Assembly: GCA_041586155.1 (NCBI GenBank) | Contig: JBFHAT010000003.1 | Coordinates: forward strand, 27,115 to 91,114 | Source of the DNA: Acidimicrobiia bacterium | GTDB lineage: Bacteria; Actinomycetota; Acidimicrobiia; Spongiisociales; JAENVV01 | DNA length: 64,000 nucleotides | Reading direction: 5' to 3' | Shown here: positions 1-9,982 of the stretch, in pieces | Layout: the number at the start of each line of letters is the position of its first letter | Numbering within the stretch: the first letter of the stretch is position 1 | Made by a program: the position numbers and the translations under genes | Notes under the pieces: generated by a model | Databases searched by the model: none | Seen by the model: only the letters and a program-made list of their open reading frames with translations | Told to the model about the DNA's origin: nothing

Positions 1-1
1 C

Positions 2-3000
2 GCCTCCGAGGCCGGTGTGTGCCCGGAGGAAGAAGCGCTGGCGATCGACACCGGCCAGCTCGGTCCCGGCGAAGCCGTCCACTTCGACCCGGTGCACGAC
101 CGGCTTGTGTTCGCCGAAGACATCCTCGAGGGCCTCGCTGCCCGCCAGCCCTACGGACAGTGGATCTCCACCGAGACGCTGTACGTGCAAGATCCCTTCG
201 ACGACACCTTCGACACCCGCATCGACTTCGAACGCTTCGCCCGGGTCTTCGGATACACGCCCGAGGATCGCCGCATGGTCCTCCAGCCGATGGCCGAGGG
301 AAAAACCCCGACCGGATCGATGGGCAATGACACGCCGCTGGCAGCGCTGTCGGAGACTCCTCGCCGTCTCAGCCACTACTTCCATCAACTGTTCGCCCAG
401 GTGACGAACCCGCCGATGGATCCCATCAGGGAGAAGAGAGTGATGTCGCTGCGCACGTACCTCGGCAGGAGGGGATCCTTACTCGAAGAAACACCCCAGC
501 AGGCTGCACTGATCGAAGTGTCCTCACCCGTCCTGTCGGGGGCTGAGCTCGACCGAATCGTCCGATCCGGCGACGCGCGCTTCTTCTCCTACTGGATTCC
601 CACCGTCTACCACGCTGAGCTCGGTCCACGCCGGCTCCAAGAACGTCTCGTCGAGATCGTCGACGAGGCGGTGACCGCGGTCAAGGGGGGCGCCACGATC
701 CTCGTGCTCTCCGACCGCGAAGTGGACGCCGAACACGTCGCCATGCCCATGCCGCTGGCCGTGTCGGCCCTGCACCACAGGCTGATCGAAGAGGGCATCA
801 GGCTCGACACGTCCATCGTGTGCGTCTCGGGCGAGACACAAACCGACCACGACGTTGCGGTGCTCCTCGGACTCGGCGCCTCGGCCGTGAACCCGTACCT
901 CGCCATCGAGCTCATACAGCACATGGCGGCCGACGGCACCGTCACCGTTGGGTCGGTCGTCGCTCAAGAGAACTACCGGATGGCACTCCAGAACGGCCTG
1001 CTGAAGATCATGTCGAAGATGGGAATCTGCACACTGAGCTCATACCGGGGGAGCGAACTGTTCGAAGTCGTCGGTCTCGGCGACGACCTCGTCTCCACCG
1101 CATTCCGATTCTGCGCCCGCCGAACCAGCGGCATCGGCTTCGAGACTCTGGCGCAGCAGGGCCTCGACCTGCACGGGCTCTGGGAGGAAGGCGAGGAAGG
1201 GGTCGGCGGCTTCTACAAGTACCGGCGCGGGGGCTCCGTGCACGTCACCAGTCCTTCGGTCGTCCTCGCACTACAGAAAGCCGTCCGGTCGGGCCAGCGA
1301 GCCGAATGGGATGCGTACGTCAAAGCCATCGAAGACCGCCCCGCCTCCCAACTGCGGGACCTGTTGGTGTTCAAGGAGCGGCGGCCCGTGCCCGTCCACG
1401 AAGTCGAGCCCCCCGAGCGCATCATGCGGAGATTTGTCACCGCAGCGATGTCGCTCGGTGCGTTGTCGCGGGAAGCTCACACCGCGTTGGCCGAGGCGAT
1501 GTCCCTCATCGGCGGGCTGTCCAACTCGGGCGAAGGAGGCGAAGATCCAGGCCGCTACGACACGCCCCGCAACTCGGACATCAAACAAGTGGCTTCGGGG
1601 CGCTTCGGAGTGACGCCCGGGTATCTCGCATCAGCCGAGGAATTCCAGATCAAGATGGCACAAGGCTCGAAGCCCGGCGAAGGAGGACAGCTTCCGGGAC
1701 ACAAGGTGACCGACGAGATCGCCTGGCTCCGCCACACCGAACCCGGCGTGTCGCTCATCTCTCCACCACCCCACCACGACATCTATTCGATCGAGGATCT
1801 CGCCCAGCTGATCTACGACCTCAAAGCCTTCAAGCCCACCGCCCGGGTGTCCGTCAAGCTCGTCTCGGAACCCGGTGTGGGGACGATCGCAGTGGGAGTC
1901 GCCAAAGCACAAGCCGACGCGATCACGATCTCCGGCAATGATGGAGGAACCGGAGCGTCGCCGCTGACCTCCATCAAACATGCCGGCTCGCCCTGGGAAC
2001 TCGGACTGGCCGAAGCGCACCAGGTGCTGCTCGCCAACGGCCTCCGCTCGCGCGTCGCCCTCGAAACCGACGGAGGCATGCGCACCGGTCGCGATGTGGT
2101 CGTGGCCGCGCTGCTTGGAGCCGAGCGCTTCGGATTCGGCACCCTTCCCCTCCTCGCCCTCGGCTGCAAGATGGTGCGCCAATGCCACGAGAACACGTGC
2201 CCCGTGGGGATCGCCACCCAACGTGAAGACCTCAGGGCCAAATTCTCCGGAGCCCCCGACCAGATCGTCCAGCTGTTCCGGCTCCTCGCCGAAGAAGTGC
2301 GAACCCACCTGGCTGCGCTGGGAGCCCGCTCCATCGAAGAGATCGTCGGGCGAGCCGACCTCCTCGAACCCGCACAGCCCGACCATCCGATGGCCGGCTC
2401 CCTTGCCGCCGCACTCGTCAGGGCCGAAGGACGCCGCCGGCACCCCGGATACATCAAAGTGGAACGCTCGCCGCTGTCCCATCTGCTCGCGGGCCACGTG
2501 AGAGGTGCCCTCGACGACGGCCGCCGAGTAGACGTCGCCTATCCCATCACCAACGGAGACCGAACGATCGGCGCCACTGTCTCTGGGCTCATCGCCACCC
2601 GCCACGGCGACCTGGGGCTTCCGGCAGACAGCGTCAGAATCCGACTCGCTGGCACCGCGGGGCAGAGCCTCGGCGCCTTCCTCGCCGAAGGCGTGTCCAT
2701 ACACCTCGACGGGCCCGCCAACGACTACGTCGGCAAAGGGATGGGAGGAGGATCCGTCGTCGTCGTACCCGCCCGCCCCAACCCCGAGCGGATCCCCCAA
2801 GCCGCCGGCAACGCCGTTCTCTACGGCGCAACCGGAGGCACCGTGCACCTGGCGGGCCGCGTCGGCCAGCGCTTCGCAGTCCGCAACAGCGGAGCCGTGG
2901 CCGTCGTCGAAGGCATCTCCGACCACGGGTGCGAATACATGACCGGAGGCATCGCCGTGGTGATCGGGCCAGTCGGTAGGAACTTCGCTGCAGGAATGAC

Positions 3001-3292
3001 CGGCGGAACCGCCTACGTGTGGGACCCCGGCGTTCGCCTCAACGCTCTCGTGGCCGAATCAGCACCCTCGATGCAACGACTCTCGGAAGCCGACGAGGCC
3101 ATCGTGAGCGCCCTCCTCGCGTCGCACCTCGAACTCACCGACAGCCCCACCGCTCGCATGATCATCGACGACTGGGATCGGCAGCGACGGCGGTTCTGGG
3201 CAGTCGCCGCCCGAACCAGCGAACGAGTCGACGAACGACCATGGAGAGCGATCGCCGGCGTCGCGGAACAAAGCGGCCACCGAACGCGTTGA
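2..3292 (+). CDS. gltB: glutamate synthase large subunit, C-terminal ~1090 aa (5' end outside window)
   Basis: ORF open to the window edge. The central domain, FMN-binding TIM barrel and C-terminal GXGXG beta-helix domain are recognisable ('GEGGEDP', 'CHENTCPVGIATQ', 'GGTAYVWD'). Confidence 0.9.
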   Translation, partial: ASEAGVCPEEEALAIDTGQLGPGEAVHFDPVHDRLVFAEDILEGLAARQPYGQWISTETLYVQDPFDDTFDTRIDFERFARVFGYTPEDRRMVLQPMAEGKTPTGSMGNDTPLAALSETPRRLSHYFHQLFAQVTNPPMDPIREKRVMSLRTYLGRRGSLLEETPQQAALIEVSSPVLSGAELDRIVRSGDARFFSYWIPTVYHAELGPRRLQERLVEIVDEAVTAVKGGATILVLSDREVDAEHVAMPMPLAVSALHHRLIEEGIRLDTSIVCVSGETQTDHDVAVLLGLGASAVNPYLAIELIQHMAADGTVTVGSVVAQENYRMALQNGLLKIMSKMGICTLSSYRGSELFEVVGLGDDLVSTAFRFCARRTSGIGFETLAQQGLDLHGLWEEGEEGVGGFYKYRRGGSVHVTSPSVVLALQKAVRSGQRAEWDAYVKAIEDRPASQLRDLLVFKERRPVPVHEVEPPERIMRRFVTAAMSLGALSREAHTALAEAMSLIGGLSNSGEGGEDPGRYDTPRNSDIKQVASGRFGVTPGYLASAEEFQIKMAQGSKPGEGGQLPGHKVTDEIAWLRHTEPGVSLISPPPHHDIYSIEDLAQLIYDLKAFKPTARVSVKLVSEPGVGTIAVGVAKAQADAITISGNDGGTGASPLTSIKHAGSPWELGLAEAHQVLLANGLRSRVALETDGGMRTGRDVVVAALLGAERFGFGTLPLLALGCKMVRQCHENTCPVGIATQREDLRAKFSGAPDQIVQLFRLLAEEVRTHLAALGARSIEEIVGRADLLEPAQPDHPMAGSLAAALVRAEGRRRHPGYIKVERSPLSHLLAGHVRGALDDGRRVDVAYPITNGDRTIGATVSGLIATRHGDLGLPADSVRIRLAGTAGQSLGAFLAEGVSIHLDGPANDYVGKGMGGGSVVVVPARPNPERIPQAAGNAVLYGATGGTVHLAGRVGQRFAVRNSGAVAVVEGISDHGCEYMTGGIAVVIGPVGRNFAAGMTGGTAYVWDPGVRLNALVAESAPSMQRLSEADEAIVSALLASHLELTDSPTARMIIDDWDRQRRRFWAVAARTSERVDERPWRAIAGVAEQSGHRTR

Positions 3293-3303
3293 TCAAACCA
3301 TCT

Positions 3304-3496
3304 GGTGCATTGGGGGTAACTTCGGTCTTCCCCACTTCCAACGGTGCCCCCAATGCACCGGCGTGCTCGCTGAAGCGAGCACGTTTGAGAATCCTTCGGA
3401 TTCTCATGCGTGTGTTGGTAGGGGCCGTCTTCTGGTCCGGCGTGTTCGCTGAAGCGAGTGCGTTTGAGAGTCCTTCGGATTCTCATGCGTGTGTTG
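3304..3496 (+). promoter_or_regulatory. structured intergenic element: one 13-bp-stem hairpin plus two 60-nt direct repeats, each folding into two hairpins (candidate cis-regulatory RNA/leader of sufB or gltB terminator module)
   Basis: 13-bp inverted repeat GGTGCATTGGGGG(3304-3316)/CCCCCAATGCACC(3347-3359). Direct repeats 3358-3417 and 3437-3496 each contain CGTGCTCGC-TGAA-GCGAGCACG and GAGAATCC-TTCG-GGATTCTC hairpins. All 4 differences between the copies are transitions that give G·U pairs on the + strand. Confidence 0.5.
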
Positions 3497-3592
3497 ATGG
3501 CGGCCCGAGATCCTCGATCACGCCGTACCGGCTTGTTCTGGTCGGGTTGGGTCGGTGATACGATATGAATTCGAGAACGAAGGTGAAACCTC

Positions 3593-5005
3593 ATGGCGAC
3601 CGTTGACATCGACCTCGGTGCTTATCAGCTCGGTTGGCACGACTCGGAAGAGGATTACGTGTTCAAGCCCCAGAAGGGCTTGAACGAAGACATCATCCGC
3701 GAGATGTCGCGGATCAAGAGCGAACCCGAATGGATGCTCGCGTTCCGGCTCAAGGCCTACCAGCGCTTCCTGCGCAAGCCCATTCCGACGTGGGGTGGTG
3801 GCGGAGCCCTGCAGGAGATCGACTTCGACGACATCTACTACTACGTCAAGCCCACCGACGGTCAAGCCAAGGACTGGGACATGGTGCCCGAGTCCATCAA
3901 GGACACGTACGAGAAGCTCGGCATTCCCGAGGCAGAGCGCAAATACCTCGCCGGCGTCACCGCCCAATACGAATCGGAAGTCGTCTATCACCGGAACCGT
4001 GAAGACCTCGAGGCGCTTGGAGTGCTGTTCTGCGACATTGACACCGCCGTACGCGATTACCCCGAGATCGTCCAGGAATACTTCGGAACCATCATCCCTC
4101 CGAACGACAACAAGTTCGCCGCGCTCAACAGCGCGGTGTGGTCGGGAGGATCCTTCATCTACGTGCCGCCAGGGGTCCACGTCGATCAGCCACTGCAAGC
4201 GTACTTCCGGATCAACGCCCAGAACATGGGCCAGTTCGAGCGCACGCTCATCATCGTCGACGAGGACGCCTTCGTGCATTATGTCGAGGGATGCAGCGCC
4301 CCGGTGTACTCGTCGGACTCGCTTCACTCCGCCGTCGTGGAGATCGTCGTCAAGCGCGGAGGGCGCTGCCGGTACACCACGATCCAGAACTGGTCGAACA
4401 ACGTCTACAACCTCGTCACCAAACGCGCCGCCACCTACGCCAACGCCACAATGGAATGGATCGACGGAAACCTCGGCTCCAAGCTCACCATGAAATACCC
4501 GGCAGTGTGGATGCTCGAACCGGGCGCCCACGGCGAAGTGCTCTCGATCGCATTCGCCGGCGAAGGGCAGCATCAAGATGCCGGCGCCAAGATGGTGCAC
4601 GCCGCGCCCAACACCACCTCCACCATCGTGTCCAAATCGATCAGCAAAGGTGGGGGACGCGCCGGCTACCGAGGCCTCGTACGAGTCGAGCCCGGAGCGG
4701 AGCACGTCAAGTCGTTCGTGCGCTGCGACGCCCTCATCCTCGACGAGAACTCCAGGTCCGACACCTATCCGTACATGGAGATCGAGGAAAACGACGCTGA
4801 GATCGGACACGAAGCGAGCGTCTCTAAAGTCGGCGAGGACCAGCTCTTCTATCTGATGAGTCGCGGCCTTTCCGAAGACCAAGCCACGTCGATGGTCGTC
4901 GCCGGATTCATCGAGCCGATCGTCAAAGAGCTGCCCATGGAGTACGCCGTCGAGATGAACAGGCTCATCGAGCTCAACATGGCGGAAGCCGGCGCAGTCG
5001 GCTGA
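3593..5005 (+). CDS. sufB: Fe-S cluster assembly protein SufB
   Basis: 470 aa. Shows the conserved SufB C-terminal beta-helix region ('[14 protein letters not shown]', '[34 protein letters not shown]', '[11 protein letters not shown]'). Confidence 0.9.
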   Translation: MATVDIDLGAYQLGWHDSEEDYVFKPQKGLNEDIIREMSRIKSEPEWMLAFRLKAYQRFLRKPIPTWGGGGALQEIDFDDIYYYVKPTDGQAKDWDMVPESIKDTYEKLGIPEAERKYLAGVTAQYESEVVYHRNREDLEALGVLFCDIDTAVRDYPEIVQEYFGTIIPPNDNKFAALNSAVWSGGSFIYVPPGVHVDQPLQAYFRINAQNMGQFERTLIIVDEDAFVHYVEGCSAPVYSSDSLHSAVVEIVVKRGGRCRYTTIQNWSNNVYNLVTKRAATYANATMEWIDGNLGSKLTMKYPAVWMLEPGAHGEVLSIAFAGEGQHQDAGAKMVHAAPNTTSTIVSKSISKGGGRAGYRGLVRVEPGAEHVKSFVRCDALILDENSRSDTYPYMEIEENDAEIGHEASVSKVGEDQLFYLMSRGLSEDQATSMVVAGFIEPIVKELPMEYAVEMNRLIELNMAEAGAVG

Positions 5006-5082
5006 TCTGCCGCCCCTCGCGGGCATCCTACGAAGCCAGAGCCGATACGGCTGAGGACGGCACGTGTGCAACATCGGCCCGA

Positions 5083-5610
5083 TCATCCACGGCGGGTGAA
5101 GCGCCGTCCCAGCCACAGCCACAGCCAGCCCAAGCCGAGGCCGGCGGTCACGTCAGTGATCCAATGGACCCCCAACAGGACCCGCGTTGCCCCGACGACC
5201 GGACCCACGGCATAGGAAGCCGCCCGTACGCCACGAGGCGCGCCGACGGCGGCGGTCACTGCCGGCCAGACCGCCGCGGCCGTTGTCGTATGTCCGCTCG
5301 GAAACGACGAGCCGGCGAAATGAGAATGATGGGGCCCCGATGGCCTCCGGCGGCGAGCGAGCAGCTTGATGCCGTTGTGCAGCAGGTTCTGCCCGGCCAC
5401 GATGACCAGCAGGCGTTGCGTTCCCGCCCAGCCCCCCGTCCTCAGCCGGTTGATGGTGGCAGCCGCCAAACCGGCGACGACCGCGCTCTCGGTCCCACCC
5501 GCCTGGGTGACGGCACGAAGCATCGGGATGTGACGTGCCTCGACGTTCTGCGCCGCCCAAGCGGCCGCTGCGTCGTCGATCTGATCGAGGACCGTCAGCA
5601 CGTTGGTCAC
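5083..5610 (-). CDS. PAP2 superfamily (phosphatidic acid phosphatase type 2-like) membrane phosphatase; start uncertain (GTG/TTG candidates at 5601/5610/5616)
   Basis: PAP2 motifs 'SFPSGHTT' and 'RVLLGVHWITDV' with hydrophobic helices. The longer ORF (to 5814) would overlap the sigma-factor gene, so a downstream alternative start is inferred. Confidence 0.6.
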   Translation of the reverse strand: MTNVLTVLDQIDDAAAAWAAQNVEARHIPMLRAVTQAGGTESAVVAGLAAATINRLRTGGWAGTQRLLVIVAGQNLLHNGIKLLARRRRPSGPHHSHFAGSSFPSGHTTTAAAVWPAVTAAVGAPRGVRAASYAVGPVVGATRVLLGVHWITDVTAGLGLGWLWLWLGRRFTRRG

Positions 5611-5650
5611 TGCCAACGAGGTGGCGCGGCCGACGGTTCGGGCCTGTCGC

Positions 5651-6712
5651 CTACAGCAGGCTCTCCAACTCGACGGCGGAACTCGGATGACGCAACTTGG
5701 CGAGCGCCCGACCCTCGATCTGACGTACCCGCTCACGGGTGAGGTTGAACATCTTCCCAACGTCGGACAACGTCCTTGGATCCGACCCGTCGAGACCGAA
5801 GCGGAGGAGAACAACCTGCTTCTCCATCTCCTCCAGCAGGCCTAGCGCGTCCAAGAGATGCTGGCGCCGCAACACCTCGGCCGCGTGGATGAACGGATCC
5901 GGCATGCGCTCGTCCTCGACGAAGTCCTGAAGCTCGGCGTCACCGTCTTCGCCGACCGGACGATCGAGCGAGACCGTATCCGATGGTGCATTCAGCGCCG
6001 CGTTGACCTTGTCGATGTCGAGGCCGCTGGCGTCGGCGATCTCTGTCCTCGTCGGAGACCTCCGAAGCTCTTCGGCCAGCAGCTGCTCTGTCTCCTGCAC
6101 CGTCCGGACCACATCCACCATGTGGACCGGCAGCCGGATCGTCCTGGCCTGGTTGCCGAGGCCCCGGGTGATCGCCTGCCTGATCCACCACGTTGCGTAC
6201 GTCGAGAACTTGAAACCCTTGCGCCAATCGAACTTCTCGACTGCCCGGATCAAGCCGAGGTTGCCTTCCTGAATCAGGTCGAGAAGATCGAGCCCCCTAC
6301 CCGAATAGCGCTTGGCGATCGAGATGACCAAGCGCAGGTTGGAACGAATGAACGCCATCTTTGCTTCTTCGCCCTGATGGACGAGGCGATACAGCTTGGC
6401 TCGATCGGTGGGGGTGAGCTTCTCGCCCGATTCCAGCTTGGCCTGAGCTCGCCGGCCGCGCTCCATCGAGCGAGCCAACCGCACTTCGTCCTCTGCAGTG
6501 AGCAGGGTGTGCCCCGAGACTCGCTCCAGATAGAGGCCCACCGTGTCTGATACGGATGCCGATTCACGTCGCCGTGTGGCCACTTGCTCCCCTTTTAAAC
6601 TGTCGGTGATCCAACCCGCGACTGGCAACGTAACATCGCTCCGGCACAACGAGCAACGGAAAAACGATGTGGTAGCGGTTCCACCAGTGGATTCCGTGAG
6701 AAATTTTGGCAA
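5651..6712 (-). CDS. RNA polymerase sigma-70 family factor, group 1/2 (SigA/SigB-like)
   Basis: Regions 1.2-4.2 are recognisable: 'DTVGLYLERVS..LLTAEDEVRLA', 'LIRAVEKFDWRKGFKFSTYATWWIRQAITR', 'TIRLPVHMVDVV', C-terminal HTH 'TLSDVGKMFNLTRERVRQIEGRAL'. At 353 aa it lacks a long N-terminal extension. Confidence 0.85.
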   Translation of the reverse strand: MPKFLTESTGGTATTSFFRCSLCRSDVTLPVAGWITDSLKGEQVATRRRESASVSDTVGLYLERVSGHTLLTAEDEVRLARSMERGRRAQAKLESGEKLTPTDRAKLYRLVHQGEEAKMAFIRSNLRLVISIAKRYSGRGLDLLDLIQEGNLGLIRAVEKFDWRKGFKFSTYATWWIRQAITRGLGNQARTIRLPVHMVDVVRTVQETEQLLAEELRRSPTRTEIADASGLDIDKVNAALNAPSDTVSLDRPVGEDGDAELQDFVEDERMPDPFIHAAEVLRRQHLLDALGLLEEMEKQVVLLRFGLDGSDPRTLSDVGKMFNLTRERVRQIEGRALAKLRHPSSAVELESLL

Positions 6713-6754
6713 TACGCCGTCTACCTCTCGCTGCGTGTTCAGAACTCACGAATA

Positions 6755-7480
6755 GTGGGCGAATCGGTCGTTGCGTCGTCGGCTGCCAAGCTGACTCCCG
6801 TGGACCGCCGGATCCGACTGCTGAACGAACGCCTCATTGGATGTCGGCGCTGCCCGAGACTGGTCGAATGGCGGCAGGCTGCAGCGCTCTCGCCACCTGC
6901 CCGGTACCGCGCCGAGCCGTATTGGGCTCGACCCGTACCCGGGTTCGGCGACGAGCGCGGCCCCGTCCTGATCGTGGGCCTCGCTCCGGCCGCCCACGGT
7001 GCCAACCGGACCGGGCGCATGTTCACGGGTGATCGCTCGGGCGATTGGCTCTTCTCGGCGCTGGCGGAAGTGGGGCTCGCCAACCAACCCGAGTCGACCG
7101 ATGTCGGCGATGGCCTGACGCTGGAGGGCGCCTATGTGACGGCGTCGGTCCGATGCGCGCCGCCTCAGAACCGGCCTACTGCGGACGAGCGAGACAACTG
7201 CCGGCCCTGGTTGGAGGAGGAATTCGACCTCATCGACCCCAAGGTGGTTCTGTGTCTCGGCGGATTCGCATTCGACCAGACGCTTCGGCTCCTGGGCGAG
7301 AGAGGAGCACCCTTGCCACGCCCTCGCCCGCGGTTCGGCCACGGCATCGAACTAGAACTCGGTGAGCCGTGGCCGGTGGTAGTCGCCTCGTACCATCCAT
7401 CGCAGCAGAACACCTTCACCGGTCGACTCACCCGCCAAATGACGGTCGAGGTGTTGCGTCAGACGATGCGGCATCGGTAG
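6755..7480 (+). CDS. uracil-DNA glycosylase superfamily protein (family 4/5, UdgB-like)
   Basis: 'GLAPAAHGANRTGRMFTGDRSG' motif-A region, 'CRRCPRL' cluster ligands, 'VLCLGGFAF' and the C-terminal 'HPSQQNT' motif B. Confidence 0.75.
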   Translation: MGESVVASSAAKLTPVDRRIRLLNERLIGCRRCPRLVEWRQAAALSPPARYRAEPYWARPVPGFGDERGPVLIVGLAPAAHGANRTGRMFTGDRSGDWLFSALAEVGLANQPESTDVGDGLTLEGAYVTASVRCAPPQNRPTADERDNCRPWLEEEFDLIDPKVVLCLGGFAFDQTLRLLGERGAPLPRPRPRFGHGIELELGEPWPVVVASYHPSQQNTFTGRLTRQMTVEVLRQTMRHR

Positions 7481-7491
7481 CGTGCCGCGCC

Positions 7492-8667
7492 ATGTCGAAT
7501 CGTCGCCCCGAAACCGATCTCGTGAGGGCCGGGCTGGAGCGGAGCCGCTATCTCGAAACGGCCGAGCCGCTCTACCTCACGTCGGGCTACGTGTACGAAT
7601 CGGCTGCCGAAGCCGAAGCCGCCTTTGCCGGGGAGGTGGACCGGTACATCTACTCCCGATACGGAAACCCAACGGTGGCCATCTTCGAAGAGAGGCTGCG
7701 TTTGCTGGAGGGAGCCGAGGCCTGTCAGGCAACCGGGTCCGGAATGGGTGCCGTGTTCACAGCGATGGCGGCGACGCTGCGGACGGGGGATCGGGTCGTC
7801 GCCGCCCGGGATCTGTTCGGCTCGTGCTACATCGTCCTCGACGAGTTGCTCCCGCGCTGGGGAATCGAGACGGAGTTCGTGGACGGGTCGGACACAGATC
7901 AGTGGGCTGATGCGCTGTCACGGGAGGCCGCACTCGTGTTCTTCGAGACACCATCGAATCCGATGCAGCAGCTGGTGGACATCGAGACCGTCGCCGAGCT
8001 CGCCCATGCCGCCGGCGCGCAGGTCATGGTCGACAACGTCTTTGCAACACCTCTCGGGCAGCAGCCTCTGGCGCTCGGGGCAGACATCGTCGTCCATTCG
8101 GCCACCAAGCACGTCGATGGGCAGGGCAGGGCCCTGGGTGGCGCGATCTGCGCCAGCGAAGAGTTCATCCACGGCGATCTCCGCCCATTCGTACGCCACA
8201 CCGGTCCTGCCATGAGCCCCTTCAACGCTTGGCTACTCGCCAAGTCGCTGGAGACGATGCCCGTGCGGGTGGGAGCGATGGCGGCGGCTGCGTCGGCTCT
8301 TGCCGACTGGCTGTCCCAGCATGACCGAGTCGTCCGCGTGATCTATCCAGGTCACTTCACTCACCCCCAGCACGACTTGGCACGGCGGCAGATGTCGATG
8401 GGTGGGACGGTCGTGACGATCGAACTCGAGGGCGGCAAACCCGAGTCCTTTCGATTCCTCGATGCACTGGAGCTGATCGACATCTCCAACAACCTCGGTG
8501 ATGCGAAATCCCTCGCCACCCACCCGGCTTCGACCACCCACCGCCGGCTCGGCGAGGCGGTGAGAGCAGCAATGGGCATCACTGATGCGATCGTGCGGAT
8601 CTCGGTTGGGCTCGAGCACCTCGCCGACCTACAGGAAGACGTCGACCGGGCTCTCCTTGCTTCATGA
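7492..8667 (+). CDS. metZ: O-succinylhomoserine sulfhydrylase / cystathionine gamma-synthase family PLP enzyme
   Basis: Cys/Met-metabolism PLP-dependent family ('SGYVYESAAEAEAAF', 'YSRYGNPT', 'VVHSATKHVDGQG'). ATG at 7492 chosen over the upstream in-frame ORF start. Confidence 0.8.
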   Translation: MSNRRPETDLVRAGLERSRYLETAEPLYLTSGYVYESAAEAEAAFAGEVDRYIYSRYGNPTVAIFEERLRLLEGAEACQATGSGMGAVFTAMAATLRTGDRVVAARDLFGSCYIVLDELLPRWGIETEFVDGSDTDQWADALSREAALVFFETPSNPMQQLVDIETVAELAHAAGAQVMVDNVFATPLGQQPLALGADIVVHSATKHVDGQGRALGGAICASEEFIHGDLRPFVRHTGPAMSPFNAWLLAKSLETMPVRVGAMAAAASALADWLSQHDRVVRVIYPGHFTHPQHDLARRQMSMGGTVVTIELEGGKPESFRFLDALELIDISNNLGDAKSLATHPASTTHRRLGEAVRAAMGITDAIVRISVGLEHLADLQEDVDRALLAS

Positions 8668-8701
8668 GCGGGTTCGCCCTACCCAGGCGGCCGCCGGTAC
8701 C

Positions 8702-9982
8702 ATGACATCGACTGCGAGGAACGGCCCCGACGTGCTTTCACTGGAACAATCCACCTACGAACGCGTCCTGGACGCGACGCCCGCAGCAGCTCGTCCCGCC
8801 CGTTCAGATGCCATCGCTCGCTTCTCCGCTGCGACCATGCCGACCGGCAAGGAGGAAGCGTGGCGGTATGTCGAGCTGGACTTCGACCTGGCCGAATTTG
8901 GCCTGCCCGAAGCACCCGGTACGCCCTCACCTTCACCGTTCTCGCTCGCAGCCGAGGACCGGGTGGCCTCGGTGAGCCTCGTCGACGGATTCGTCACCGA
9001 TGCCACCTCGGGCAACGGACTCACCATCACCTCACTGCAAGGAGCACCAGACCTCGTGGCCGGACCAAAGGGTGCGGCCGATGTGTTCGCAGCAGCTCAG
9101 GCGGCGCTCGCCCGCGACGGAGTACGCATCGAGGCTGCTCGTGGACACGGCGACGGGCGCCCCGTCGTCGTCGATGTCGCGGCGACTCAGTCCGAGTCGC
9201 TGTCCCTGCCGCAGATCCACATCGAGGTCGCCACCGGCGCCGAGCTGGCCGTCGTCGTGGTGTTTCACTCGGCCGAGCATCGTATGGTGGTCTCGCCGAA
9301 CATCGTCGCCAGCGTGGCCGATGGCGGTCACCTGCGGATGACGACCGTCCAAGCCTGGGGAAGCAAGACGCGTGCGATCGGGTTCCAGCGATACGGCCTC
9401 GGTCGGGATGCCACCTTGCGGCTCGGCGAAATCGGATTGGGTGGAGCGCTGGCGCGACTCGATCTGGGGATCGATCTCGACGGCGATGGCTCGACGTCGG
9501 ACACCACTGGCATCTACTTCGGGGATGGCTCTCAGGTTCTCGACTATCGCGTCGTCGTGAACCATCGGGGGCGGAACACCGCTTCGGACGTTCACCTCAG
9601 AGGGGCGGTCGAGGACGACGCAGAATCGATCTTCACCGGTTTGCTGAAGATCTGGCCGGCCGCCACCAACACGTCGACATTCGAGCAGAACCGCAACCTG
9701 GTCCTCTCCGATGGAGCCAAGGCCCATTCGGTACCCAACCTGGAGATCTTGTGCGACGACGTCGTGTGCGGGCATGGCTCCACCGTTGGACCCTTCGAAT
9801 CTGAGCATCTCTACTACCTGGAGTCACGTGGTCTGGGTCGCGAGCGGGCCGAGCGCCTGCTCCTGCGTGGGTTTTTCGAAGAGGTGATCGGCCGGCTCCC
9901 CGCGCCGCAGCTGGCCGACGCGGTCCGGGAAGCGGTCAACGCCAAGTTCGTTGCCGCCCAACGGGAAGGACGGATTGCATGA
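8702..9982 (+). CDS. sufD: Fe-S cluster assembly protein SufD
   Basis: SufD beta-helix C-terminal region ('NHRGRNTASDVHLRGAV', 'NLEILCDDVVCGHGSTVGPFESEHLYYLESRGL'). ATG at 8702 avoids overlap with metZ. Confidence 0.85.
   Translation: MTSTARNGPDVLSLEQSTYERVLDATPAAARPARSDAIARFSAATMPTGKEEAWRYVELDFDLAEFGLPEAPGTPSPSPFSLAAEDRVASVSLVDGFVTDATSGNGLTITSLQGAPDLVAGPKGAADVFAAAQAALARDGVRIEAARGHGDGRPVVVDVAATQSESLSLPQIHIEVATGAELAVVVVFHSAEHRMVVSPNIVASVADGGHLRMTTVQAWGSKTRAIGFQRYGLGRDATLRLGEIGLGGALARLDLGIDLDGDGSTSDTTGIYFGDGSQVLDYRVVVNHRGRNTASDVHLRGAVEDDAESIFTGLLKIWPAATNTSTFEQNRNLVLSDGAKAHSVPNLEILCDDVVCGHGSTVGPFESEHLYYLESRGLGRERAERLLLRGFFEEVIGRLPAPQLADAVREAVNAKFVAAQREGRIA

Noticed and set aside
1631-2926. Long antisense ORFs inside gltB, sufB and suf/other genes (e.g. 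1631-2926 -, 3518-5122 -, 10895-12001 -, 36515-37732 -, 62548-63636 -)
   Set aside because: These are typical stop-poor antisense frames of high-GC DNA. Their translations are Arg/Pro/Gly-rich low-complexity with no motifs, and they fully overlap well-supported genes.
3358-3496. Possible CRISPR-like repeat pair upstream of sufB
   Set aside because: Only two 60-nt copies, 79 nt apart, with internal hairpins and no array of unique spacers or cas genes. Treated as a structured RNA/REP-like element instead.
3293-3592. Missing gltD (glutamate synthase small subunit) after gltB
   Set aside because: Absence cannot be interpreted. The enzyme may be a ferredoxin-dependent single-subunit GOGAT, or gltD may lie elsewhere. 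No claim made.
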